From Eledone cirrhosa (lineage: Eukaryota): a DNA stretch of 64,000 nt. The stretch lies in NCBI GenBank assembly GCA_964016885.1, contig OZ024742.1, forward strand, positions 377,270,001 through 377,334,000, given 5' to 3'. The notes under the pieces are model-generated. The model did not search any database. It was not told the origin of the DNA and worked only from the letters and a program-made list of their open reading frames with translations. Position numbers and translations under genes: made by a program. Shown here one piece after another: positions 45,590-58,105 of this stretch; within the stretch, counting starts at the first letter, position 1, and each line of letters begins with the position of its first letter.

Positions 45590-48500
45590 AATGAAACTTA
45601 TGCTTATTCATTTTTGGGGCCCTTTCTACCCGTGTGTTTGTTTGTTTATGTGTGTCCGTATACAGCGTGGTGATAATGCCACACAAGGGCCAAGTGGGAT
45701 GGCGGATCCACAGATGGCTATGTAAACATACATTCGCCAATCCTCGATAAGAGTGTTTAAATATCGAACATAAACAGTTCGAATAACGGTGAAATGGAGA
45801 CTAGAACGTCATGTGACAGACTCTCACCCAACAGGTGCCCCCTGGCTCAGCAGCAGGAACCTGACTGTCAACCAAATACTGCTGATGTTGGAGGAAGAAG
45901 AAGAAGGAAAGGGGCCAGAACCAACTGGACGAAAGAATTGAATAGAACTGTTATGCAATGCTACCTGAAAAGTAACCCCAAGGAGAGGGGCTACAGGAGA
46001 CGGATGCATAACATCTGGAACGAGATTGGTTTATTTAAATTAGATGAACAAAAATTGGCCGGGCAGGCTCGGGTAATAAGAACTAATGGGTGGATAAGCG
46101 AGCTGGAACTGGAGGAACTGAGCAGAGAGAATGGCTTGGAGATGGCGGGTGTAGTATGCCAGACAAGCGAGCCGGCGGGAAATGAAGGTGAGGAGGTCCT
46201 GAGAACGGAGGAACCACCCGAAGCAGACAATGATCTGAATACTGAGATAAATAATACCTGGAACAGAGATACGGCCACTGAGGAGATGAATGCTGACGGG
46301 CTAGGACAAGATTCGGTTGACATCCTAAATTTAGTGGTAGATGAGTTGAACAATGATAGTGGGAGACCTATGAACCTAAGATTTGTAGACAGGAAAAAGT
46401 TAAAAGAAACAACAGCTAAGGTAAACAAAGTCATCCCATACCTTGAGGCGAGGAGTCTTCACCAGTGCAACAATATCCTCAAAGCAACAGCAAATACGGT
46501 GAGGAAACTACTTGGTATAAAAGCGAGAGGAAACAACAGACAAGAAAGAGCAGAGCCGTGGTGGAAGAAGCGACTGAGTGGGCAAATCGGGGAAATGAGA
46601 AATGACATAGGAAAGCTTGAGTCACTACTGAATGGGACACTAAAAAACATAGGCACTAAAAATAGACTGGAAATAAAATACAAAACTAGGAGTAAAAAGC
46701 TAAATATTATCATAGAGGAATTGAAGCAACGCATTGTAGCAAAGAGTGCCAAAATCAGGCGATACGAGAACAGAGTCAGTCAGTATAAACAGAACCGCAT
46801 GTTCGACAACAACCAGAAGATGCTGTTTGGACAGCTTGAGGGGAAAGAAAGAGGCAACGACTTGATCCCTGGGGCGGAACAAGCTAAAACATTCTGGAGA
46901 GGAATATGGGAGCAGGATGTTAGACACAATGCCCAGGCAGGGTGGATTGAGACAGTACAGAGGGAGATCGGTGAGCAGGCACAGCAACAGACTGATTTGA
47001 GTATCACAGTTGAAACTCTTAAGGGGCAAGCCAAAAAACTAACCAACTGGAAATCACCAGGCCCAGATGGTGTGCAGGGGTATTGGATTAAACATTTAAC
47101 ATCCCTCCACCCGAAGCTGACGGCCATGTTCAATGACTGCTTGGTGTCGGGTGAGGTGCCAGAGTGGTTGACAAAAGGTACCACAGTTCTGATAATGAAA
47201 GACCGAATCAAGGGTAATGATGTTACCAACTATAGACCTATCACATGTCTGCCCGTAATGTGGAAACTGTTGACGAGCATTGTGTCTGAGGAAATCTACC
47301 ATCACCTCCACACAAACAACTTGTTGCCGGACGAACAGAAAGGATGCCGAAAGAAGTCACGTGGTACAAAGGACGAGTTGCTTATTGATAAGATGGTAAT
47401 GGGGAATTGCAGGAGGAGACACACTGATCTTGCCATGGGATGGATAGACTACAGAAAGGCATTTGACATGGTGCCTCATTCCTGGATCACCAAAAGCCTG
47501 GAGATCTTCAGGGTGGCAGATAACATCAGACAGTTGCTGGGCAGGAGTATGGGGTCCTGGGAGACAGAGTTGACATCAACTGGAGTATCCTTGGGAAGCG
47601 TGAAGATCAAGAGAGGTATCTTCCAGGGAGATAGCCTGTCCCCTCTGTTGTTTGTCCTTGCCCTGATGCCCTTGACCATTATGCTGCGAAAAGTGAGAGC
47701 AGGATACAAGTTGGGAAGGGGAGAGCTTACCATCAATCACCTCCTCTTCATGGACGATCTTAAGCTCTTCGGGAAAAGTGAGAAGGAGTTGGATGTGCTT
47801 GTTGACACTGTCCGTATTTTCAGCAGTGATATATGTATGCAGTTTGGTATTGGTAAATGTGGAGTCATTGTGATGAGGAGGGGTAGGTTGAGCAGAAGTA
47901 ACGGGATCCAGATACCAACAGGTGAGATGATAAAGGAAATTGACTCTGAGGAAGGATACAAGTATTTGGGCGTTCTGGAGGCTGATGGCATAAAGAACAA
48001 AAAAATGAAGGAATTGTTAAGAACTGAATACATTCGGAGAGTAAGGAGCGTATTGAAGTCACATCTGAACAGCAGAAATGCCATAAGCGCAGTAAATTCC
48101 CGAGCTGTGTCTATTATTAGGTACAGTGCGGGAATTCTGAGATGGAATGTTGCTGAACAAAAAGAAATGGATAGGAAGACTAGGAAGCTATTGACTATCT
48201 ACAACATGTTCCACAAGAGGAGTGATGTCGATAGACTCTACCTAAGGAGATCTGAGTGTGGAAGAGGTCTTATCAGCATAGAGGACTGTGTTCAGATGGA
48301 GAAAAACAACCTATACAAATACGTGACCTATAGTAAGGAGCCAATGCTCAGAGCTGTACTGAAGGAGGGGACAGTAGGCCAGGGGATACCCAAGGAGGAA
48401 ATAACATCAAGGAGGAAGAGCAGCCTTAAGGGAAAATCCCTTCATAGTACCTTCTTTGAGAAAACTGAATTTAGAGATCCACAGACATGGAACTGGTTGA

Positions 48501-49260
48501 GAAGAGGAGACCTCAAAAAGGCTACAGAAGGAATACTAATGGCTGCGCAGGTGCAGGCCCTCAAAACGAAGTGGTTGAAGCACCATATCTACAAGGAGGA
48601 GGCTAGCCCACTGTGCAGGATCTGTGGAGAGAGAGAGGAGACTGTGGCTCACATTGTGTCCGAGTGTAAACACCTAACCCAGACCCACTATAAGGGCTGG
48701 AGACACGATGTGATGGGCAGGGTGATCCACTGGCACCTGTGCAAAGTAAACAATCTACCACATTCTGAGAAATGGTATGAGCATAGGCCAGAGGCGGTGA
48801 TGGAGAACAGTCAGGTGAAGGTGCTGTGGGATTTTAGGATACAGACGGACAAAAAACTGGAACACAATAGACCTGACCTGGTGGTTGTGGACAAAGAAAA
48901 AAGATCGTGCCTGATTGTGGATGTGGCCTGCCCGTTCGACACGAGAGTGCAAGAGAAGGAGAGGGAGAAAATTAACTGATACCAGGACCTAAAGTGGGAG
49001 GTGAAAAGGATTTGGAACTGCCATGAAGTCAAAGTGATCCCGATTGTCATAGGCGCACTGGGGACTATCTCCAAAGGTTTCCAGGGATGGTTAAAGAAAA
49101 TCGGCCCCTTCACGCTTTTTGGAACGCTTCAAAAGGCATGCTTGCTTGGAACGGCAAGAACCCTCCGATACGTCCTGAATATCTGAGGCTGCAGGTAGTG
49201 GCTTGATATTCAATCCAACGGACTTTCCAGTTAACCAACATCAATGACTGAGATTCAAGG
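45590..49260 (+). mobile_element. Dong/R4-clade non-LTR retrotransposon, family A, near full length, with (TAA)n tail
   Basis: Single ORF with RT and C-terminal CCHC + RLE; long (TAA)n at 49261-49390. 5' boundary approximate. Confidence 0.9.
45794..49186 (+). pseudogene. RT-RLE polyprotein with one premature stop (TGA 48977-48979)
   Basis: WKSPGPD, NYRPITCL, WIDYRKAFD, IFQGDSLSP, LFMDD, YKYLG, CRICGEREETVAHIVSEC, RHD, NRPDLVV..DVACP. The paralog has CGA at the stop position and the frame continues to 49186. Confidence 0.92.
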
Positions 49261-49272
49261 AATAACAATAAC

Positions 49273-49391
<119 letters not shown>

Positions 49392-49411
49392 GAAGAAGAA
49401 GAAGAAGAAGA

Positions 49412-50030
49412 AGGGAAGAAGACGCACGTGGTGGTAGAAGGTCATGAAATCGCTCCCGTAAGTTTTTGATTTTTAATATATTTAAATCAATTGTGAAATA
49501 ACAATTCTTAGTACAAATGTTGCATAAACCACCGAATCAAGTCCCATAAAATTTCGGATCCATATTATATTGTTATATCGCTCAAATATTCAATTTTGTA
49601 TTATATATTTTGTATTCAAAAAAGAAAATGGTTATAAATGGAAGAAAACACCCTCTGTCTACACTATATAGAACAGCCAAATAACAGCAATTTCACCAAC
49701 ACCAGAAACTTGATACACCACCTACCCCATCACACTAAATATAACAGCCAGATAACGGCAATTTCACCACCACCACCACCACCAATCCCAGCATCATAAT
49801 AATAATTACTATTATTATTGTCTCAAGTTTTAACAAAATGTTTAATTCTAATTTTACGGGAATATGTCAACACAATATATATTAAACATACGCGACACAA
49901 ACTCATAGATACTACATATCACAAAACTCAGTAACGACAACACCACCGCCGCCACCACCTCATCCATCATTGCTACCACTATCCCATCACCGCCGCCACC
50001 ACTCCTTCATTGCTACCACCACTATTCCCC
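49412..50030. repeat. Unclassified dispersed repeat, copy 2 (diverged)
   Basis: Same start as 44408, following (TAA)n(GAA)n. Confidence 0.75.
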
Positions 50031-50399
50031 TGTTAACTTGAGAGAGAAAGGGGAAGGTGGCGGTATCACTAGACAAGGGAGAGGCTAGCAAAAGATATAA
50101 ATAGATTGACTTAGTGACCTGGCCACCGGCCAAATGTCAACATCAACAACTATGGCACTGCTGGCTCATCCCTTCCTCACCAACAATATAAAAAGCCCCA
50201 GCACCATCACCGATATAGCCAACAACAATAACAGGCAACTTCAGCAAAAAGTATATTATATTATTGTAATGCACTGGGTGATTGCTGGCCTTGTGCCTGG
50301 AGTGGAGACAATTATTAATAATTTCATTCTTAAGCCACGCAATGCTCACATTAAGGAACCACTCATGATAATAACAATTTAAAAAAAACAATAAAAAGA

Positions 50400-53300
50400 A
50401 AACCCCGTGACCAAGAAATACCGGGATGGAGGCCGGCGGGGAATAGCCGTGTCTCTAGGGGAGAACGACCCCTCTAGTCTTGGTTGACACTCGTTCTAGA
50501 AGTGGTAACACGAAATGATTACCCCTTGGCGGATAAGGATAAAACGCGACAAAATAAAGTAAATGTCTAATGATAAAATCTCATACCGGATCGGCCGTCA
50601 CACGGGTAAAAAAGGGCCGCGTCCCTCAGAGAGGAACCAGACTGGGGTCGAAAAATCAGCTAATGGTTCAAACCTTCCCATCACTTCGGAGCTGGAGACC
50701 TCCCATAACCGGAATACTCCTACTGTTGGCTTTCCATGCTCACCACCAAGAAATCCAAAGAAAAAGAGAGAAAAATGGTCAAGGGAAGATAATAAAGAAG
50801 TCCTTCAGGCTTTCTACACTGCCATGTACTACCCATCAAATACATCGAATACAGAACAGACATATATCAACTGGAAAAAGAAACATCCCGAAAACAGAGG
50901 CTATATTGACAGTAACAAACTAGCCAATATACGAAAAAATATTGTAAGAAAAAAGTTACTAACTGATATAGAAATTGATCAGATCAAACTATTAGCACAA
51001 AGTCAGCGAAGGGAAAATGAAACATGTGTCAGTGAAAACGAGGTAAATTGTAACACTTCGAATCCCAGGGTTGGGGCGGAATCACTGGCAACAGAACAAA
51101 TTAAAGAAAGGATCGAAAAAGTGGAGGGAGTGCATGCTCAAGATGAAACTCCAAATAAAAATAATGAGATCGTAAATGATAAAGAAATGAATGAGAATGA
51201 ACTTGCCAACTTGAAGGATGAAATTATGATCGAATGGATGAAAATGAAAGAATCTGACATGAGGCAACGAGACACCCTCCCTAAGATCCAGAACTCCAAA
51301 CAGAACCAAAAGATAATACACAAGACTAACATAATTCTCAAAAACATTATCATCACAAACAAACTAAACATTACTGATTTAAATCATCTCTATTATGCAT
51401 CGGCTAAAGTCACCATTCACTTATGTGGAGTGAAGATGAAAAAACAAAGGAATTCCCACAAGAAATCTACTTGGCAAGAGAACATCAATCGCCAAATAAA
51501 TCTTATCCGATCTGACATAGAAATGTTAACAAACTACAAAATAGGTGAACATGTTAAACAAACTAAACTTAGAAAATTGAAAAAAAGTACAGTATAAAAT
51601 CAACAAGTGACATAGACATGCTGATAGAAATAATCAAGCAAAAAGTGTCGGCCAAAGCTGCTCGTATAAGGCCCTTTGAAAAACGATCTAGATTCTATAA
51701 GGACAATAATATGTTCAAAAACAACCAAAGAAACTTCTACAGAAAAATTGGTAAGTCAACAATAATTGCTAAATCAATACCACCCAATGAGGAAGTGCAA
51801 GAATTCTGGGAAAAGATCTGGGCCGAAGAAAAAGTTCATAACATACATGCCCCATGGATAGACAGACAAATGAAAGATACAGCTCACCTTGAGGAACAAA
51901 TATTGGAAAATATAACAGTTGAACAGTTGCGCTTGGCTCTAAGAAAAACCAGCAAATGGAACTCCCCAGGAAAAGACAAAATACAAAACTTTTGGATAAA
52001 TGCCTTCACAGAGTCTCATGAGCTGTTAGCCCAACTTTACAATGAAATAGTTAAGGAGCCAGAAAAGATACCATCATCGCTAGTTAACGGCATTACATTC
52101 CTGCTTCCGAAGAATGATGAGACAAACAATCCCAAAAATTACAGACCGATAACTTGCTTGACCACAATGTATAAAATTTTAACATCAGTCCTAACTGAAT
52201 ACACATATGACCACCTGATAACAAATGACCTATTTCCCATTGAGCAGAAAGGGTGTAAACGAGGCTCATATGGCTGTAAGGATCAGCTTCTGGTTAACAA
52301 AATGATACTGGAAGATTGTCATAATAGACACAAAAATCTATCGATTGCTTGGATAGATTATAAAAAAGCATTCGATAGTTTGCCACACAGTTGGATTGAA
52401 AAATGTTTAGAGATTTTCAAAATATCCCCCGTTGTCAGGAGGTTTTTGTCATTCAGTATGAAGACATGGAAAACGACACTCCTTTTGAATAGTGAAACAA
52501 AATCACTGGAAGCTGGAGAAGTTAATATTAATTGTGGAATTTTTCAGGGTGACTCTTTATCACCGCTTTTATTCTGCATCGCACTTATACCATTAAGTAA
52601 AATGCTCAATGAAACAAAACATGGATATAAAGTCTATGACAAAACCATTAATCACTTGTTCTACATGGATGACCTGAAACTATTTGCAAAATATGATGAA
52701 CAATTGCAAAGGCTATTATCCACTGTGAAGCAGTTCAGTGATGACATTAAAATGGAGTTTGGACTAGATAAATGCGCCAAAGCAACGTTCACCAGAGGAA
52801 AGCTGCTGAAGAGTTCAGACATTAATCTTGATCGGGGGAACGTGATAAGAGAACTTGATCAAGAAAAAACTTACAAATATCTAGGTGTTTGTGAAGGAGA
52901 CGGAATCAAGCACTCGACAATGAGGGAAAGGATAAGGAAGGAATGTTACCACAGAGTAAGAGCAATCTTAAGAACGGAATTGAATGCAAGGAATAGGATC
53001 GATGCCATAAACACGCTTGCCATACCAGTAGTAACCTACAGTTACAAAGTCATCAACTGGTCAAGCACAGAGATCCGTAAGCTCGATACAAAAATTAGAA
53101 AATTCTTAACCATGCACAGAATGCATCACCCTAAGGCAGATATAGATAGAATATATCTCCCTAGGAAAGAAGGAGGACGTGGGTTAATCCAGTTAGACAT
53201 TGCGTTGAAAACTGCAACAATTGGATTATCTACATATCTAAGGGAATCACATGATTGGATGATCAAACTCGTTTTGAAACAAGAAAGCATCAAAAGATCA

Positions 53301-54356
53301 TATTCCATTACAAAAGATGCACAAAGATACAGTAATGGACTACAAATTTCAGAAGTCCCATTTACTGCTGAAATGGAAAACACAGAAAAAGCAAAGCAGG
53401 TAAAAGTAACTGCAAAGAAAGAACTCCTACAGAAACTGGCTAAGAAATGGCAAGAAAAGCCTCTGTATGGAAAATACCCAGAGCGAGCTAACAATCCTGA
53501 TGTTGACAAAACTTTAACCCATCAGTGGTTGGCATCCTCTGGACTGAAATCGGAGACTGAAGGACTGATTATATCAGCACAAGATCAGTGTCTGCCAACA
53601 AAAAATTACCAAGCCAACATAATAAAAAATGGATGCAGCCCATGATGCCGTGTATGCAAAAAACAACCAGAGACCATTGACCATATAATTTCAATGTGCA
53701 GTCCTATAGCTCCAACCGAATACCTAAACAGGCATGACAGAGCTGCAAAATACATACATTGGATAATGTGTAAGCATTTTGACCTGCCCCATCAAAAGAA
53801 TTGGTGGGAGCATCAACCACCTCCCATACTTGAAAAAGATCACATCTCAATCTTGTGGAACTTTAGGATCCAAACAGAACGAAAAATAGATGCAAATAAA
53901 CCTGATATAATATTGAAGGACATAAAAAGAGGGTATGTCTGCTAATTGATATGTCTGTTCCAATAGACAAGAATGTATCTATAAAAACATTTGAAAAATT
54001 GAGCAAGTATAAGGACCTGGAGATAGAAATTGGAAAAATGTGGAAATTGAGAACTAAAACAATACCTGTGGTTGTGGGCGCTCTGGGAATGATACCTAAG
54101 GGGTCTAATGATTACTTATCGCAAATCCCAGGAAACCCGCGTAGAGGAGAAATACAAAAGATAGTACTAATGGGAACTGCCCATATACTAAGGAAGATTC
54201 TGTCAATATAAGTACATCACAAGTCTAAGCACTAAAGATGCATGTGTGAGTATGTATGTTCTTTCTTGAACATGGCGGACCTTGTTGACTCTTGAGGTCA
54301 CTGGTTGTGACTTGGTGATAACTCGTATGAACATAAAGCAAGATAAATGCAACTGT
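50400..54356 (+). mobile_element. Dong/R4-clade non-LTR retrotransposon, family B, near full length, with (TAA)n tail
   Basis: Structured GC-rich 5' UTR, disrupted single ORF, tail (TAA)n at 54357-54407. Confidence 0.9.
50563..54211 (+). pseudogene. RT-RLE polyprotein, two frameshifts and one stop
   Basis: Segments 50563-51597, 51618-53645, 53646-53945 and 53951-54211. Motifs WNSPGKD, NYRPITCL, IFQGDSLSP, FYMDD, CRVC..ET..H...C, RHD, NKPDII. Confidence 0.92.
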
Positions 54357-54359
54357 AAT

Positions 54360-54408
<49 letters not shown>

Positions 54409-54713
54409 TTTTCTTTATTAACCACAAGGGTTCACATAAAGTAGACATTAAGGACAGTACAGGACAATACAGGACGGTACAAATGGGCATTTCTGCGTGT
54501 AAAAAAACAGAGGTTGAAATAAAATAACAAAGAAAAATTCCCCAATAGGGGGGAGACCTCCGAGGGACATTTGTGGAGAAAGCCCATTAAAAGACCACAG
54601 TGACCCTGACCACGAGGGCAAGTGCCCTCTCCCAGTTTTCCACCTTTAATTTACAGACACATACTCAGAGAAGGCCCATTCACTCGGGCCATTCTTGCTT
54701 CTGTCACCCATCT

Positions 54714-57700
54714 TTAAACAAAATGCTGGGAAGAGAGCACTTCCCTTTCTACCCTGATTTTCCTTTTCAAATGAAATTTGAAAAAGTTAATCAGGGCATC
54801 ACCGAAGAGGTAAGTGCTCGTCTTCAGCCCTTTCAAACGTGTCCACCATACTATCACTTTTGCCATGGCCACCAGACAGATAAAAACTGCCTGCCCTTCC
54901 CGGCTAAATGAAGAGGGCGGGGCAATCCTCACGATGGACTCAGCTGATAGCTGGATCCGTCCTACACGCGACAGCAGGTGTTCGACATAAACCCACAAGT
55001 CAGCAATGCTCGGACACTGGACGAGTGCGTGCAGGACGGTTTCGTCGCCCTGCGCGCATCTCGGACATGCCCGACTGACGGCACCTCCATGCCTGTAGAG
55101 TTTATCCCGAACTGGCAAAGCTCCTCGGTAGCACTGCCAGGCCAGGGATTTCTGGAAGTTGTCCATAGGCCCCGGCCCGAAAGTCCTTCCGAAGAGATTG
55201 GCTAGTTGATTTTCGTCGACGCCTAGAGTTTCTCCAAGTACGTCGTCGCTCTTCCCCTCCACTAATCCCCTATAGAACGCCAAGGTGGAGTTTCCACCGA
55301 TCACATTGCCCGATTGGTCGAGGGCTGTGAGCGCCTGAAGACATTCCAGTCTCCAAGCGCTCCCTCTCGGTCTTCGCTTGACCCAGGACTGCAGCTCCGT
55401 CAAGGAGACGAGCTGGGGAAAAACGTGTCTTGCAAACGGCGACCACACCTGATCACCGTCGAGGAAGAGGTGGAGATGTCGTAGCCTGAGGGGCGTGTCT
55501 GCGCATCATCAGCCACGGCATGCCCAGCCCTCCACGTAGCGGGTGTTGACAGCAGATGGACCGCCTGACCATCGGAGCGCGTCCCTTCCACAAGAAGCGA
55601 AAGAGCAAACGCTCCAGCGCAGTCAGGCGGGGCTTAGGACAAGGTACGACGGTCAGGCGGTAGTAGATGACGGATGCGATGTACGCATTCGCCACCTCCG
55701 CTCGACCTTTCAGGGATAGCTTCCTCTCGGCCCATTTCTGGGTGAGAGAAGCCACCCTGCTCGTCACCTCGTCCCAGTTTTTGTCCGTCTGGAGGTCTGG
55801 ACCGAACCAGACCCCTAGCAATTTAACCGGTCCGTCCGTCCAGCGCCCGACGACGCTGTTGGACGGCATGGACCTGCCTCTCCAGGTGCCGAGCTGCAGG
55901 CCCACTGACTTTTCCTGGTTGATCATTGCTCCTGTCACCGCTTCGTATTCTCTTAGTGTAGTGCCGATCGCCTCGATGTGTTTGGCGTTCGACACCACTA
56001 CGGTGACATCGTCGGCATATGCTGACACGGATCTTCCGCATCCTAGTTCGCGCGGGACTCCCCTCAACGTCTCCAGTTTGTGCAGTAATGGCTCGAGAGT
56101 CAATACGTACAATAGGGACGAGAGGGGACATCCTTGGCGGACCGAGCGCATGATGTTGAACGGTTCCGAAAGGTGACCGTTCACTCTCACTACAGAGCAG
56201 ATGTCGCTGTGCATGGCAGCGATCCAGCCTCTGAAGACGGGCCCAAAGCCAGCCGCCCTCAGGACTGCCGTTAGGTAACGATGGTCGACCCTATCGAAGT
56301 CTTTCGACTGATCTAAATTGATCAAAGACCCACCCGTGCCAGGTTCCCTAGCTACCCTCTCTACGATGTATCGCATGAGGTGGAGGTTGTCGTGGATGGA
56401 TCTGTCGGGAATGGCGCATGTCTGTGCCTCTCCCACCAGACCACCAACGACAAGCACCAACCTCTTTGCTAGCACCTTGGCCAAAATCTTGAACTCTGTG
56501 TTTAGCAGAGTTATGGGCCTAAAATTATCTATGTTATCCCCCTTGTTCGGATCCTTTCTCAGCAGCGCCACCGCTCCTCGGCTCACAGAGCTGGGAATTC
56601 TCCCGTTCTGTTGCCAGTTGCAGTAGACGTCCGCCAAGAGGCCTCCGAACAAGTTTGGCATTTGTACGTAAAGTTCATAGGGCAGACCATCCAAACCAGG
56701 CGATTTACCCCTTGTGCAGCCAGTCATTGCATCCCGTACTTTAGCGGTTGTTATCGGCTTTTCGCAACACTCCGCCACAGTGGCCGAAAGCCGCGGCAGT
56801 CTGTCGAGGTAGACACTAAAGTCCATCCCTCGATCCGGCCCGCCACTGCCCCCGAACAGTTGAGCGAAGTGTCGCTGAAAAGCTTCACACATTTGCCCGG
56901 GATCGAGTAGCATGCGCCCGTCGTGGTCCACCAAAGACCGGATCGTGGCTTTGTTGCCACGACGCGCCTCCGCCACTCGGGCCCATTGAACGGCTTTCGT
57001 CCCCTCGTGTCTGAGAGCACGCATCCTAGCTCTGACGACGCAGCCTTCGTGCTTTGCATTGAAGAATTGGTCAAGGGCCAATTTCGCCGCAAGTACGTCG
57101 GTCGCGATGCCTTTGCTAAGCGCCTCATCTAATTTTCTAACTAATTCTCCCTCTGCTCTATTTTTCTCTATTGCTAAAATCTTACTAAACCTAATGGACT
57201 CTATTCTAATTGCTCTTTTCAGAGCAAACCACCACTTGTTGTTGACGATGGCCCCCGTCAACGCCCGCTTAACTAGTTCGCTAATCCGGTCTCTGTAGGC
57301 CTTGCGCGCTGGTAAGGACGCGTTTAGCTTCCAGTATCCGGGTCCTCGTCTATGAAGCCTATCTAAGTCAAGCACACAGATCACGAATTTGTGGTCCGTG
57401 TAGCTGACTATCTTGAATTGTGGACAGCCTATGCTAGACCTATCTATTTCCCTACAAAATACTCTATCTAGATATGATCTGGATGACCCTATGCGATTTG
57501 TCCAAGTCCACATTGGTACATTCGGGAAATCCATTCGGTACCTGTCAGACAGTTCAAAACGTCTGAGCAGGTTGGTGAGACTCTTGCACCCTCCTTCCCT
57601 ATCCACTAATCCCACACAATCCCAGCGTGCATCTAAGATCCCGTTCCAGTCGCCCACTAACACTAAAGAGCGGGACGTTCCAAGAAAGGTCTCCAGACGC

Positions 57701-58071
57701 CGGAAGAAATCAGGGCGCCCTGCTCCTGTCGGAGCATAGACGGCCACTAACCTGAAAGCTTGCCCGTCTCCGCTGGTCACGTCCAGCACCACCAACTTAC
57801 CTTCTGGGTCCAGGAAGATGGCCCGTATGGCAAGATCCAAACCTCTCCGAAAAAGCACAGCAACTCCTCCCCCCGATCCCGGACGGCTGGGAGATGCGTA
57901 CACATCGTAGCCGCCGAAGATCGGTGCGAAAGCCTGTGCTTCGGAGATTCTGGTCTCGCTGATGGCCACTACATCTATGTTTAGTGACCTGAGGTCGTTG
58001 AGCAGGTGGCCCTGCTTCCATGACGACCCCAAGCCACGCGCATTTATGCTGCCTATTCTGAGTGAGGTCAT
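54714..58071 (-). pseudogene. Tx1 ORF2: APE endonuclease + RT + C-terminal zinc finger, one frameshift near 55490
   Basis: GSINARGL, ISET, VYAP, GDWN, LDR, TDH (APE); GYWKLN, KSPGLDG, RPITLLN, VRQGCPLS, AYADD (RT); CPRC...ETVLHALVQC in the downstream frame. Confidence 0.92.
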
Positions 58072-58105
58072 GTTGAAAAGGAGTGGAAAAGATGGGAAAG
58101 ACCAC

